Positions 25,031-37,100 of a stretch of 64,000 nt of DNA are shown here, in pieces; within the stretch, counting starts at the first letter, position 1, and every line of letters begins with the position of its first letter. Below the pieces are notes generated by a model. The model was not told the DNA's origin and did not search any database. It saw only the letters and a program-made list of their open reading frames with translations. This DNA is from Sminthopsis crassicaudata (taxonomy: Eukaryota): the NCBI RefSeq assembly GCF_048593235.1, contig NC_133618.1, positions 660,436,361-660,500,360 of the forward strand, given 5' to 3'. The translations under genes and the position numbers were made by a program.

Positions 25031-25698
25031 ATCTCCTCTCAACTGTCAGCCCATCCTAGGATATACAGTCAGTTCTCACTTATCTTCAGCATGATGTAGA
25101 GAAAACCTGCTCCTTATCTGGAGTTAAAGGGCTGGAATCCCGGCTGTTACTCATCATCCCATGACCATTCCCAGAGCTATAAGACTCGGTGACATCATTT
25201 ACAAAAGTGCAGTGTGGTAGTGGGGGAGGGAATGTTGGGAAAACAGTCATCTGATAGTCTCTCTCTCCTAGTAATTCCAATGGCACTTAATGACCGTGTC
25301 CAGTATAAGCTGAGTGAGCTTTTCTTGTGTACTGCTTTTTTCGTTCACCCACTTGATTTTAGATTTCTTAAGAGCAGGGAGAGTATCACAACTCTGAGGT
25401 GGTAAATGGCAGCTAATAAGTGCTAGAACAGAGATTGAAGTCATAAAGGTTGAAGGGACTGCTGAGATCAACCTGGGAATGTGCCTCTCCCCTATAGTAT
25501 AGACAAGCAACAAGTACTCCAGTGTTATCCCAGGAGATGATACCTGGGAAGTGCTTAGTGCAGTGTCTGATACATTGTAGCCACTAGAAAGATACTTTGT
25601 TTCTAATAACACTTCAGGCTTTTTAGTGTGTGGCTTTGGACAGCTAGGACAGTTAGGTGGGTACCAAGGTAAGCTGGGCGCTAAAGTGCATAGACTTG

Positions 25699-25891
25699 CA
25701 GAGTGTAGACTCAAACTATAGCCCAAGGGCCAGATGCGGCCCGCTGAGGACATTTATGGGGCCCGCTGAGTTATGACAAATGGGCTGAGGGGCGGAGACA
25801 GTGTAAGCTTTTGTTTTTACTATAGTCTGGCCCTCCAACAGTCTGAGGGACTGTGAAAGGGCCCCCTATTTAAAAAGTTTGAGGACCACTG
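25699..25891 (+). mobile_element. Non-autonomous OC1-type hAT transposon
   Basis: Degenerate left TIR ..ctcaaacta..gggccagatgcggcccgc; 3' end ctatagtctggccctccaacagtctgaggga..ccccctatttaaaaagtttgaggaccactg; no clear TSD. Confidence 0.75.
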
Positions 25892-26080
25892 AGCATTGGA
25901 TCTGGAATCAGAAAGATCTGAATTCCAATCCAAGTTTAGAAACTCCCCAGCTGTGTGACCCTGGGCAACTTACTTAATCCTGTTTGCCTCAGTTTCCTCA
26001 TCTGTAAAATGAGCTGGAGAAGGAAATGGCAAATCACTACCAAGAAAATCCCAAATGGGATCACAGAGGGCCTGAAACAA
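25892..26080 (+). mobile_element. Mar1-like CORE-SINE
   Basis: CORE (gtgaccctgggcaa..cctcagtttcctcatctgtaaaatgag) plus RTE-type tail ctggagaaggaaatggcaaa. Confidence 0.75.
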
Positions 26081-26131
26081 CACTTTCAACCTCGGTTTCT
26101 CCAAGATTTTCCTGTAAAATGACGGGGGTTT

Positions 26132-26290
26132 GGAGCAGCTAGATTGTACAGTAGATAGAGCACTGACTTGAAGTCCTTGAAGGACTTAAATTCAAATCCT
26201 ACCTCAGACACTTAATACTTCCTATTTGTGTGACCCTGGCAAGTCACTTAACCCCAATTGCCTCAACAGAAAGAAAAAGAAAGAAGGAAG
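26132..26290 (+). mobile_element. WSINE1-like SINE inserted in a MIR tail
   Basis: SINE body plus A-rich tail; TSD-like flanks taaaatgacggggg(t)ttgg / taaaatgacggggttgg. Confidence 0.75.
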
Positions 26291-26459
26291 AGAGATCTTT
26301 AATAAAATGATGAGAGCAACAGAGATCTTTAATAAAATGACGGGGTTGGACTAGATGGTCTTGGAATCTTAGTTTTTCTCCCCTCTTTCATCAAATCTCA
26401 CTAATCCCACCAGAATCCAGCAACTTAAATACCAGCTCCTCCCCATCTCCATAGTTCTT

Positions 26460-26655
26460 TTTTTCTGTATTCCTCCTGCTGGTCATTTCTTACAGAGCAA
26501 TAATATTCCATAACCTTCATATACCACAATTTACCCAACCATTCTCCAACTGATGGACATCCATTCATCTTCCAGTTTCTAGCTACAACAAAAAGAGCTG
26601 CCACAAACATTTTGGCACATATATGTTTCTTTCCGCTCTTTAGTATTTCTTTGGG
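26460..26655 (-). mobile_element. L1 ORF2 3' fragment
   Basis: Translates as MFVAALFVVARNWKMNGCPSVGEWLGKLWYM, typical of the L1 ORF2 C-terminus. Confidence 0.85.
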
Positions 26656-27184
26656 ATGCAGGTGGCATTTTCTATCTAAAGTCTATTGAGATTGCCTGTG
26701 TACAGACATACACCCAGCTACAACATATGTGTGCTTACTGAGAAGGGGGAAGCCTTCAGAGGTGATTTTCAAGTATTTCTATAGTCTCTTAGCTCACACC
26801 AGAAGTTGCACAGCTCATCTCCTGAGTTTGGAAAAACCCTTCTTCCTCACCTTTGCCTTGTAGAGTCCCCAGCTTCCTTCTAACCACAAGGGCAGATGCT
26901 TCCTCCTCCAGGAATTTCCCAATCTCCCCAATCATCTGTGCTCTTGTCACTTCCCAAATTATATTCAAGCAGCATTTATCTTATATCTTATCTATGTATG
27001 CATATTGTTTCTCTCCAGCAGAGCTATAAGCTCCTTAAAAAAGCCAGATCCATTTTGCCCCCACTACCTAGCATAGTACTTGGCACATAGTAGGCATTCA
27101 GTTGTTGAACTGAATTTAATCTCTTCTGACTAGGGGCTTCCAAATATCTGGTATGTATTTTCTACTTCAATACAAAGGGATTCT

Positions 27185-27780
27185 TTGGCCCATCAGTGCC
27201 ATTACTGGGTCTGTATCCCAAGGAAATCATAAAGCAGGGAAAAGGAACCACTTGTGCAAAAATGTTTGTAGCAGCTTTCTTTGTGGAATCGAAGAATTGG
27301 AAAATGAGTAGATGCCATCAGTTGGGGAGTGGCTGCACAAGTTGTGGTATATGAAGATAATAGAATATTATTGTTCTATAAAAAATGATGAACAAGCTGA
27401 TTACAGAAAGGCCTGGAAAAGTTTTCATGAACTGATGCCGAGCAAATGAGCAGAATCAGGAATATATCGTATACAGTAACAGCAAGATTATTCAATGACC
27501 AACTATGAAAGACTTGGTTCTTCTCAGTGACTCAGTGATCCAAAGCAATCCCAATATACTTTAGATAGAAAATGCCACCTGCATCCAGAAAAAAACAAAA
27601 CAAAACAAAACAAAACTATGGAGATTGAATGTAAATCAACACATGATATGTCCATTATTTTTTGGGTTTTTTTTTTCCTCTCATGGTTTTTCCCTTTTGT
27701 TCTGATTTTTCTCTCCCAACATGATTCATAAAGAAAAGTGTATTTTAAAAAGTTAACATACATGTATAACCAAAAAAATA
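27185..27780 (+). mobile_element. Marsupial L1 3' end (ORF2 tail + 3'UTR), with an (AAAAC)n tract near 27594-27615
   Basis: cattactgggtctgtatcccaagg..aaatgtttgtagcagc..ttgtggtatatgaa; degenerate; A-rich end. Confidence 0.85.
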
Positions 27781-27811
27781 TATTTTTTTAAATGCAGGGG
27801 GATTCTCTAAG

Positions 27812-28012
27812 CAAGGATTCTTAACCTGGTATCTGTAAAATTTTGTATTTAAAAACAAAATTTTTTTTGATAACTATCTCAATATAACTGGTTTCCTTTT
27901 TAAATTATATGGATTTTATTTTGTGCATTAAAAGCATGGTTTTGAGAAGAGTTCCATAGGCTTCCCCAGTCTGCCAAAGGGGTTCATGGCACAAACAAGT
28001 TTAAGAACACCC
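27812..28012. mobile_element. hAT/Charlie-type MITE
   Basis: TIR-like ends caaggattcttaacct / gtttaagaacaccc; 8-bp flanks tctctaag / cctttaag (6/8 identical). Confidence 0.65.
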
Positions 28013-28970
28013 CCTTTAAGGGCTGGAGAATGTGACCCACCCCTCTTCCTCCATTTCCTCTTACACAAGTAGCCTGGAGACATCAATACCCTCTATTAGT
28101 CAAGCTTAACACTTGTAGAATTCTGAGCCCTCTCTTTCTCCCACCCTATAGCCCCTCTCCTCCCTGCCTTCTGACCACCTCCTTCTAGGACCACCCCAAT
28201 CTCTATTTTGCTCATTCCTCCACATGCCTCTATTCTGGCTGCCTTTGGATTTCCTGCTCACCTATTGGATGGGTACCTCCATTCTGTGTCTCCACAGGGG
28301 ACCCTTGAAGGAGCTGGTATAGAAGTCCTTTATACTCCATTCTGCTCATCCAGCCCAAGTCTCATGAAGCTCCATCCCCCACATGACGTCTTTTAAGCCA
28401 GTTGGTATTGAATAAATATTTAGGGCTGGCTTGATGATTGATAGAGCTGTTGATAATTGACAAGCTGTAAATCAGTACATGAGGACAAATGAGTGAGGAC
28501 TTGGTATCTTGCAAGACTCTAAACTCCAGGCTATCACCCATTCTTCCTTAGACCCTCCCCCTTACAAGGCCCTGAATTTGCTGGGGCAGCAGTTTCTGAA
28601 CTCAAACTTGCATGCAAGACAGCTCTGATATATGCTCCTGTGGTAGCTGCATAAGACAGAAGAGAAGTCATCTGCAGGGACCATGGACTTTTCCTGGGAT
28701 GCATCTTATCTCAGGAAAGGAAGGGAACTTTAAAGTGCTAACACTTGGCATTTAAAGCCTTTCTGCCTTTCTAGCTTCATGTCCCATTGTTTTTCTTCCT
28801 ATTACTAAAAAGCAGGATGATGATGTATACAGAATTGGCTCTACTGTTTTGAAGAGCTTCAGGATCTGCCTCTGACACTGTTTTAGGCTCAAATCTTCCA
28901 GAAACAACTTTGGTTTAACGTTGATACAAATTTAAAGAGAGATGTCCACATTGGCATGTCCCTCTTGCAT

Positions 28971-29225
28971 AAAGAGGTATGACTTTGTTCCTTTAACATT
29001 TATAGATATAAAACAGGGGTTCTCAAACTACTCGAAGGGCCAGATGTGCCCCTCCCCCTTTATGGCAAATGGGCTGAGGGGCAGAGACATGACTTTGTTC
29101 CTTTAACAAAGAGATATGACTTTGTTCCTTTAACATTTATAGATATAAAACAGGGGTTCTCAAACTACTCGAAGGGCCAGATGTGCCCCTCCCCCTTTAT
29201 GGCAAATGGGCTGAGGGGCAGAGAC
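28971..29225. repeat. 118-bp direct duplication with a templated filler
   Basis: 28971-29088 equals 29108-29225 except for one mismatch; the filler 29089-29107 copies 28979-28997. Confidence 0.9.
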
Positions 29226-29318
29226 CGAGGGTGAGCTTTTGTTTTTACTATAGTCCGGCCCTCCCACAGTCTGAGGGACAGTGAACTGGCCCCTAGTTAA
29301 AAAGTCTGAGGACCACTG
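29151..29318 (+). mobile_element. Non-autonomous OC1-type hAT transposon (full length; left half also duplicated at 29014-29088)
   Basis: TIRs CAGGGGTTCTCAAAC / GTCTGAGGACCACTG (12/15 complementary); characteristic 3' end ctatagtccggccctcccacagtctgagggacagtgaactggcccc. Confidence 0.85.
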
Positions 29319-29339
29319 GATAAAAGGAAGAAAACCAAG

Positions 29340-29860
29340 AAAATCCAATTGCACGTCCAAAGCCTTTCATACCCGGCCCTCTCATATCTTTCTAGTATTT
29401 TTACATTTTACTCCTCCCCATACACCCTGGAATCTGGAATAATAAAACTACTAGGATAGATGCTAGAAGTGTTAAAACTCCTCAGTGTCACCATTCTGTG
29501 CTGTTCCTCACAGAAGACCCGCAATGTTCTAACTGCAGCTTAGCATTTTCACCTTCCATCCCCACATCTGGAATTCTCTTCCTCCTCATCTCTGCTTTCT
29601 GGATTCTTCCAAAACTCAGGTAAAATCCTGCCTCTGCTGGGAGCCTTTCTTGGTCTCCCCTTCAGTACCATCGCCTCTCCTCCGTTAATCTCCACTTTTT
29701 TCCTGTAAATATCTTGTTTGAGCACGGTTGTATCTACGATGTCTCCCCCATTAGGCCGGGGGCTCCCAGAGAGTGGGACTTTTCCTCCTTTTGGGGGGAG
29801 ATATTGCTTTTCTTTGTATCCCCAATACCAAATACCATTTTAAACATTTATAATAATAAA
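29340..29860 (+). mobile_element. Old LINE-2 3' fragment
   Basis: CT-rich; ends ..tgtctccccattagg..ctccc..gagtgggact..ctttgtatccccaa. Confidence 0.55.
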
Positions 29861-29899
29861 AATAAACTTGTAATAATTATTTTAATAATATTTGCTGAC

Positions 29900-31150
29900 T
29901 GGACTTTTTCCTGGCTCCGCCAACAATTCGTGCAGGCCCCATTGGGGCCTGGGGCGGAGGTACCGGGCGCAGCTGCCTCAGTGCGGAGGCGGCCGGCGTG
30001 AAAGAAGCTGATGCACGAGGGAGTCGAACACACACCATACACCCCCCCAAGAAACATGGAAGTTGCTCAATCTTAAAACCGCCCATTTTCCCCACCTGAG
30101 TTTGGGGACCCCTTCTCCCTGCTGCTTCTGCAGCCTCGGCTCGTGCGCAGTCCCCGCACCACGGGAGGCGCGCGGGTCGGGCTGGAGACGTCCCCGGAAG
30201 GAAAGGGGGCGGACGCCCCCCACCCTGCGTCCCAGGCTCCTGTAACAAGGGGATGGCTCTGCCCCCACAATGTAATGACCACAGCCTCCAGATGCGCGAG
30301 GCTCTGGGATCTTCACAATCTCCGGGAGGGGGCGCTGCGCTTCCCGACAGCCGAGGAAACCAAGCGGGGACAAGGGCAGGGTCCCCCAGAGACCCGGGGC
30401 CCACAGCGGAATTTGAGCTCCGGGCTTCCAGAATCCTCCGAGTCTCCCACAGGAAAGGAAGGGATGGTTCCTAACCTGCTTTGGGAAGAGGGCTGAAAAC
30501 AAGGGAATAAAGAAGCATTCCACCCTTCCCAGACCCTCGGGAAACGTGCTCATCCCCATTTTACAGATGGAAAAGTCGAGGCTCGCAGGTCACATGTCTA
30601 GGGAAGGAGTTAAAAACCGGATACAGTCAGGAGCTACCGAGAAGTCACCAAACCTGGGGGGAAGGGAGAGGGAAAAGGAGGCACTGCGCAGGCGCGGAAC
30701 ACCCGCCGGGCAGGGAAGGCCCAGCCGAACGCTGAGAGGCCACAAAGCCCGCCCCCTTTGCTGCTGCTCGCGCCTGCGCAGGCGTGACTTCCTCCCGGAA
30801 GTGGCGGGTCTCCGCGGAGAGAGCGGCGGAGTCTGAGTGCCTGGGCGGTGGTAGCGCCTGCTGAGCTAGTGGGCTCCCGCCCCCCTTCCCCCCCCGCCCA
30901 CCATGTCTGCCTTCGACACCAACCCCTTCGCGGACCCGGTGGACGTGAATCCTTTCCAGGTATGAGGCGTTGCCGCCGTCCCGGGAAGGTACCGCTCGGG
31001 GGCTGCGGCCCGGGCCTCCCATCTCCGGGAGACGTGGCGCCCTAGTGATGGACTCCGCGTCCAATGAGCGAACCGCGAGTCCGAGGTCTGGCCAATCAGG
31101 GGTCGGAGGGCGGGACCAGCAACAGGTGGAACGGCGGCGGGGAGACGAGA
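29900..31150. promoter_or_regulatory. CpG island / SCAMP2 promoter (NRF1 + ETS housekeeping type)
   Basis: NRF1-like TGCGCAGGCGC 30685-30695 and GCGCCTGCGCA 30770-30780; paired ETS sites ACTTCC..CCGGAAGT 30787-30802; GC box near 30748. Confidence 0.85.
30903..30959 (+). CDS. SCAMP2: SCAMP2 exon 1 coding part
   Basis: caccATG; [19 protein letters not shown]; CAG|gtatga. Confidence 0.96.
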
Positions 31151-34100
31151 TTGGGGAGGGGAAGAGGGAGGGGGATAGCCAAAGTGTCTGGGGAGGGGGA
31201 CGGGAAGGGTTCCGGATTTGGGGGCGGGGCAGGGGTAGTATTTGTAAACAAGGGGGCGGGGCAGGGAAAGTGGCTGCAAATGAAGTGGGGTCACTGAGGA
31301 GTTGTGAATAAGGGGAAGGGGCTGGAAAAGTGTTTGTAAACGGGGGAAGGGCAGGGAAAGTGTAAACCAGGGGAGGGGGCTGGGACTGTGAATGAGAGGG
31401 AAGGGGCTAGGGAAGTGGTTGAAAATGAGTGGAAAAGGACAATTAAGTTGTTATAAATTAGAGGAAGAGGCAGGAAAAATGGTTGCAATGAAAGGGAGGG
31501 GGCAGGCAGAGTGGTTGTAAATGAGGGGGAAGGGCCGGAGAAGTGGCTGTAACGGGGGAGAGGCGGGAGAGTGGAAGAGAGCGGGAGCCGGAGTTGGTGA
31601 AGATAGTTTAAGGAGGCTCTGATGGGCAGGGAGGTGGGGTCAGAGGGGGATGGGAGCGGGGAGGCGATTCTCCGGGACTTGGAGGGAGCGCGGTGACCGC
31701 GGTTGCGAGGGGAATGGGCAGATAGGAAAAGTGGTGGTAAGAGGAAGAGGCCCTGCAGGGGAATGGGTAAGGACGGCGGACTTGGCTGAGGAAGGAAGGG
31801 AGGGAGGCCAGGTTTACTAAAGGGAAGGGGAAGGTAACTAACCAATCAGGGCCCCGTAGTGTGAGTTTGGATTGCCCTTCCCCCCTCCTCCTTGGACCTT
31901 GTGAAGAGGAATAGATAAAGAAAGGCTCGGCTTCTGTCTTCCGAGAATACCCTTCTTCCCAGACCCCGGATCCCATCCTGGTCCTACTGTAGCTGGTCAT
32001 TAGCATCTAAATAGTGCTCTGGAGAAGCGCCTTTAGTCTTATCTGGTCCGGAGGAAATGTTGGGAATTGGAGAAAAGGAGAAGGGCAGAAATAGTGGGAA
32101 TAAGCAGACATGAAACTAGGCTTCCAGCTGCAGAGATGTGTGGTGTTCTCTCTGCTGAATTTTGTACCCGTGGAGTTAAGAGGTGGGAAGGGGTTACGGT
32201 TGTTACTGTCCAAGTGGAATTAGGGAGGAAAGGGGAGAGGAGGAAGCCTGACCCGTTGAACAGTCATTGGAGGTCTTCCTTTGGTGTCTGGAGAGGGCTT
32301 GTCAGGGACATTGGGGGGATTCTTGAGCTACTCACTGGATTCCAAGACCTCTGTTCTGATCTTAAACTGTTATTTAATAGCTGTGTGCCCTAAAGCAAAT
32401 TACCCTGCCCCACCCCCACTCTCTTGCACCCAGTTTCCTCACCAGTGGACTACATGACCCCTCTCAGCCCTAACTTGGTAGCCGAAGATGTACTTGCTTC
32501 ACAGAAGGGATCAAGTATTCCTAAGGGGAACGTCTTCTTTGAAAATGCCTGACCTGGGCCATTTAAGCTGGTCACACCAGGCAGATTTGCTCAATTTGGA
32601 GCGGAGTTTGGCCAGAATCAGGATAAGGAGACAGAACTGTAGGAATTTGACATGGTGTTGAAGCTCACACCTACAACTTACCTGGAGGCTGCCTGATCGG
32701 GATGGGGGCGAAGGGGACAGCCTCGGGAGCTGGAATTTTCTCTTCTGCTAGAGTATTTTAGGTATGAATAACGGTTGTTCATTATTAGCAACTAAAACCT
32801 TCCTTTTCTTTGCTGTTTAGAACCTTCTTTTGAACTGACTGAGCACAGAAGGGCAAAACTTGGTGTCCTCAAAGCCTACCTCAGTGTTTGGACTTAATAA
32901 GTGTTTATTAAGTGTCTGTGGAATGGAATGGGAAGAAAGATTGAACCAGTATCCAAATAATTGCTTATAGCCCTAGGAGAGCCTGCTTGTCCAAAAGGGA
33001 TCTTTGTGGCCTGGAACCTGGGTTGACAGCTTCTTTTGGGACCAGTAGCTAAGGACTTAATCTGTCCATGTAGCCTATGGTGATTGATTGTTCATTTGTC
33101 TTAAGTTTCCTGCAGACTTTACAGGACTCATTGTGTTGGTTCACAGGACTTTCCTCCTTTAAGTGGACATGAAGCGGCCTTCTGATTTAAGGGGGTAAGA
33201 GTAGGGAAGGCAGTAGAACTGTTGCTGATGTCCTGAATCCTTCCTGCAACTCAGCACGCCCTATGTATTTCCTTCCCTCTTTTCAGTTTCCAAAAATATC
33301 AAAGTAATTATGTGATACAAATATACTCTAACATGTGAATGTGAATGAAAGTCCTTGCTGCTGCTTCTGACCATGGGAGACCTAGCCAGTGGGAGGACAC
33401 TCAAATGTATATCATGACATGACTAGATTAGCTGTTTCCAGGTCTTCCCAAGTGACAATCACAAGAGGGTGCAGTGGATAGAACCAAGCTTGCTGTCAGG
33501 AAGATCCAAATTCAAATCTGGCCCTAGATACTCAGTAGCTTTGTGATTCTGGGCAAATCTCTTAACCTCTGATTGCCTCAGTTTCCTCATCTGTAAAATG
33601 AGCTGGAGAAGGAAATGGCAAACCCCTCCAATATCTTTGCCAAGAAATACTAAGAAATGCACAGTACACAAAACATTCAGTATCTTGCAGCATAAGGTTA
33701 TTTTCTGATAGATCTTCTAGGACATTTGTCTCCTACCCAAGAGCCAGTAAAATGGGTGATTTAAATTATGTTCCACCCATTATTCCTTCTTAGTGTAATT
33801 ATCAGACTATAATAGAAGAGTAAAAGTTGAGTTGGGTTTCACTGAATATGTGGGAGAGTAGGGTGGGCAGGACAAAAGTTTACTTTTTTTTTTTTTGGTC
33901 CTGTTGGGTCTAGAAACAAGTGATTCCTGGATGTTCGACCAGCAGAACAGCCAACTGTCCAAAGATGCCAAGGATTGTTTTCAGCCTTGGAGCTGGACAA
34001 GATGAAGAGCCTGAAGCCTGCTCCTTTTTCTTAGCAGTGCTTTGGAGGCATTATTCCAGGATCTCTAATGATATTTGTATTCTCCTATCCCAGAAATGAT

Positions 34101-37100
34101 GCTAACCACTCTGGAGGCTGCTTCTGCATTCAAGTGAAATCTGGCATCCATCCCTTGTCATAGAAGTGTAAGGAGAAGTGGCAGCCCCATCAGGGTATGG
34201 GCAAGAAAGGAAGCAGCCGGTCCCATAAGCAGCAGCATCTGTCTGGTTACATTGTGTTCAGAGGAGAGGGAGACCTATTCATGGTGCTCCACGGGTGGGG
34301 GTTAGAGAGGAAGCTCTGCAGGGCAGGCACTTGCTCAGAGCTGGTCTCCTGGCTCTCTGCTCTCTGGCTGGGTGGAAGGTCTGCGCCCTTTCTGCCTGGT
34401 AGGGTGTAGGGCCCAGGAAGCTTGGGTGTGAGTACCTGTTCATTTACTCAGGGTGGTGACACATCCTTCAAGGAAGGAAGCAGTGAGAGAAGAGGGACTA
34501 TAAACTCTCTCAGCCAAATAAGGAGACTCTCCACTTGAACTCAGGAATTATTGTGATGATTGGAAATATCTAGGGAGAGGAACAGTTAGCATAGTTCTCA
34601 GTCCAGGGTATGTTCAGAAGACTTGTCTTCTTTGGACAAAATGGGAAACTGCAGGTAAGGTGATAACTTTCACCACCGCAATGAGTTTCACTTCACAGGC
34701 ACACACTGATCCCTCCTTAAATTACAGTTTGTCTGCTCTGCACTTTCTGGGGAGGAGAGGACTTGGCCTCGGGCTGTCTCTGGGACTCCTCCTGCCAGGT
34801 GATCATTAAGTCTTCAGTTGGCTCAGAGTCTGGGGCAGGGGGATGAGGCATTGAGCAGTAGGTGTGGCTTGTTCCCCAGCTTAGCAGCCTTTTGACCAGG
34901 CTGAGACTGACTGGTATAGGGCAGAGCTTCCAAATTTGGGGATCTATGAAGAGTTTTTAGGGATTTGAGGAATTTGGATGGGAAAAAAGTTACATCTTTA
35001 ATTTTACTACTTCCAAATTAAATTTAGACTTTCCTTCTATTTCTAATTAAAGACAAAAAAAAAAAATCAAAACATACAGAGCATTCTAAGAAGAGATATG
35101 TAGGCTTTACTAGACTGCAGAAGAAATCCATGATATAGAAAAGGTCAGCGCTTCCTGATAGGATGATGAACTTTGATTTCATTTAAGGTTCAAGAAAAAT
35201 GAGATCATCCAGGTAAATTCTGGGATTCTAATGGGAAATTTCTGCTAAACAATCCTGAAAAACTTCCAGAGAGGGGGAGTGGAAAACATGGAGGTCTGAC
35301 AAACCAAGTAAAGTTTTCAGCCTCAGCCTGCTGCCAAATAACATATTACTTGCTACATTGCCTCTTTGCAGTTAAAAAATAATCTCTGTAGTGTGGCTAT
35401 TCCTGAAGATTTCAAACATGTCTCCACTGTGGGAGAGAAGGGAAGAAATAGGATTTGGCCACGTGAACAGGGGTGCTGACATTCCCTATACCTTCATCCA
35501 GGTGTCTTAATCTTCCCAGAGGAGCTTAAGAGGCCACATTTGGTAGCCTGGATCTAGAATTTGACGAATGGTGCTGGGCCTGGTGTTGCTAGTGATGCTG
35601 CTGGTGGTTTGAGTTTTAGGAGGGGTGAGTGATACAGAGAAATTAGAAAGCTTGGCCAGTTTGCAGAAAACTTGTCCCAAGCCCAACTTAAACTATAGTT
35701 TGTGACCTTATATAAGGTTTCATAACTGAATGCAGGACTGTGGAATTATTATTATCAGTAAATGTTTGATTTGTATATTTTATATGCCTATATACTCAAG
35801 GTTGTGTAAAAATTTCTTGAGCAAAAAGGAGTTGTGAGTGGAAAAAGTTTAGTCCCAGGGAGAGCTTGACACCTGTAATGTTTGTCCTGTCCTCTGATTA
35901 TCACAAACATCAGGATCCTGGGAATGCTTCCCTCATTATCTTCTATAAGGTGAAGGAAAGACCAAGCCCAGAATCTCCCTGGTTTGGGAAATGAGAATGA
36001 GGACATAGAAAATATTTGCTGGGAAATAGCAGTGCCCATGGATCTCAGGCTCTGGTTTATCTTGGAGGTGGTTAATCCTATACCAGGCAAATAGTAATAT
36101 TTCGCTAGAATAAACAAGGTTGAATTGTCACCCTTCCTGAGAAAAGTTATTTTAGATTTTGGTGAGCCAGTGGTTCATTGAGTACTTTTTCTGCTAATTC
36201 AAGAAGCATTTACTGAATATGGGTGTGTTTGTGTGTATTAGGCATAAGATCCTGTCCTCTCATCTTCTAGGGAGATCATTTGCAAGGACAACTGCAGCAC
36301 AATAAAGACTGTTATAAGTAAATGTCCCGAGAAAGGTACACAGATTGGAGAGAGAATGACTTCCGGATGAGGGAATGAAGAAAGGTCTCTAGGAGGAAGA
36401 GAACATTTGAACTGGGTGTTTGAGGATGACTGAGAGAATGGGGAGGCTGAGGACGAGCAGTGCTGGGTCTAGAGGCAGGAAAGTGTAGATAATGTGTGTA
36501 GTCTGATGTGAGCATGAAAGCTGTCGCTTCTGTACTTAGCGCCTCAGCAATTTTAGTGTATTCAAATCTCACTACTGCCTGGATCCTCATCCCCATTTTA
36601 CAGAGGAGGAAATTGAAGGCATATCAGGGTCAAGTAACTTGCCTAGGATCTTACAGGATTCAGGAAGGGGCGTCTGTTGGGACAGAAAGGGAGCTTGGGG
36701 CCACATTGGGAAGAGCTCTGACTTTCTTTGTAGGCCGTTTTAGTACTGTAGTACTGCTCACCACAGAGAAGAGGGCCACAGAAGCAGCCTTGATCCTTTG
36801 ATGAACCTGCAGGCGCTCTCAGGCTTCTGGCCCAGCTCAACCCTCTGGGGCTGAGGTTTGAAGTCATTTTCCTTTGTTTCTTTCTCTTCATTTTGCTCTA
36901 CAATGACTTGACATGTTGGGTGTCTCAGGAAGGCCTGAAATTTCACAAGCTTCAAAATTATGATGTTTTTCCATCAACCAGAACCCTTACCTTGCAGGAA
37001 AGAATTGATCCCGCCATGCTTTTAACTCCTTCAGCAAGCTTTGTAGAGCACCAGCTGTGTTCACAACCTTGATATCAGTTCTCACTTAGGACGTAGGTTA

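Noticed and set aside
26425-26610. ORFs 26425-26610 and 58919-59125 resembling a protein
   Set aside because: Decayed L1 ORF2 C-terminal fragments, not host genes.
29877-31845. Multiple 110-190 aa ORFs around the SCAMP2 promoter
   Set aside because: CpG-island and purine-tract artefacts with low-complexity translations.
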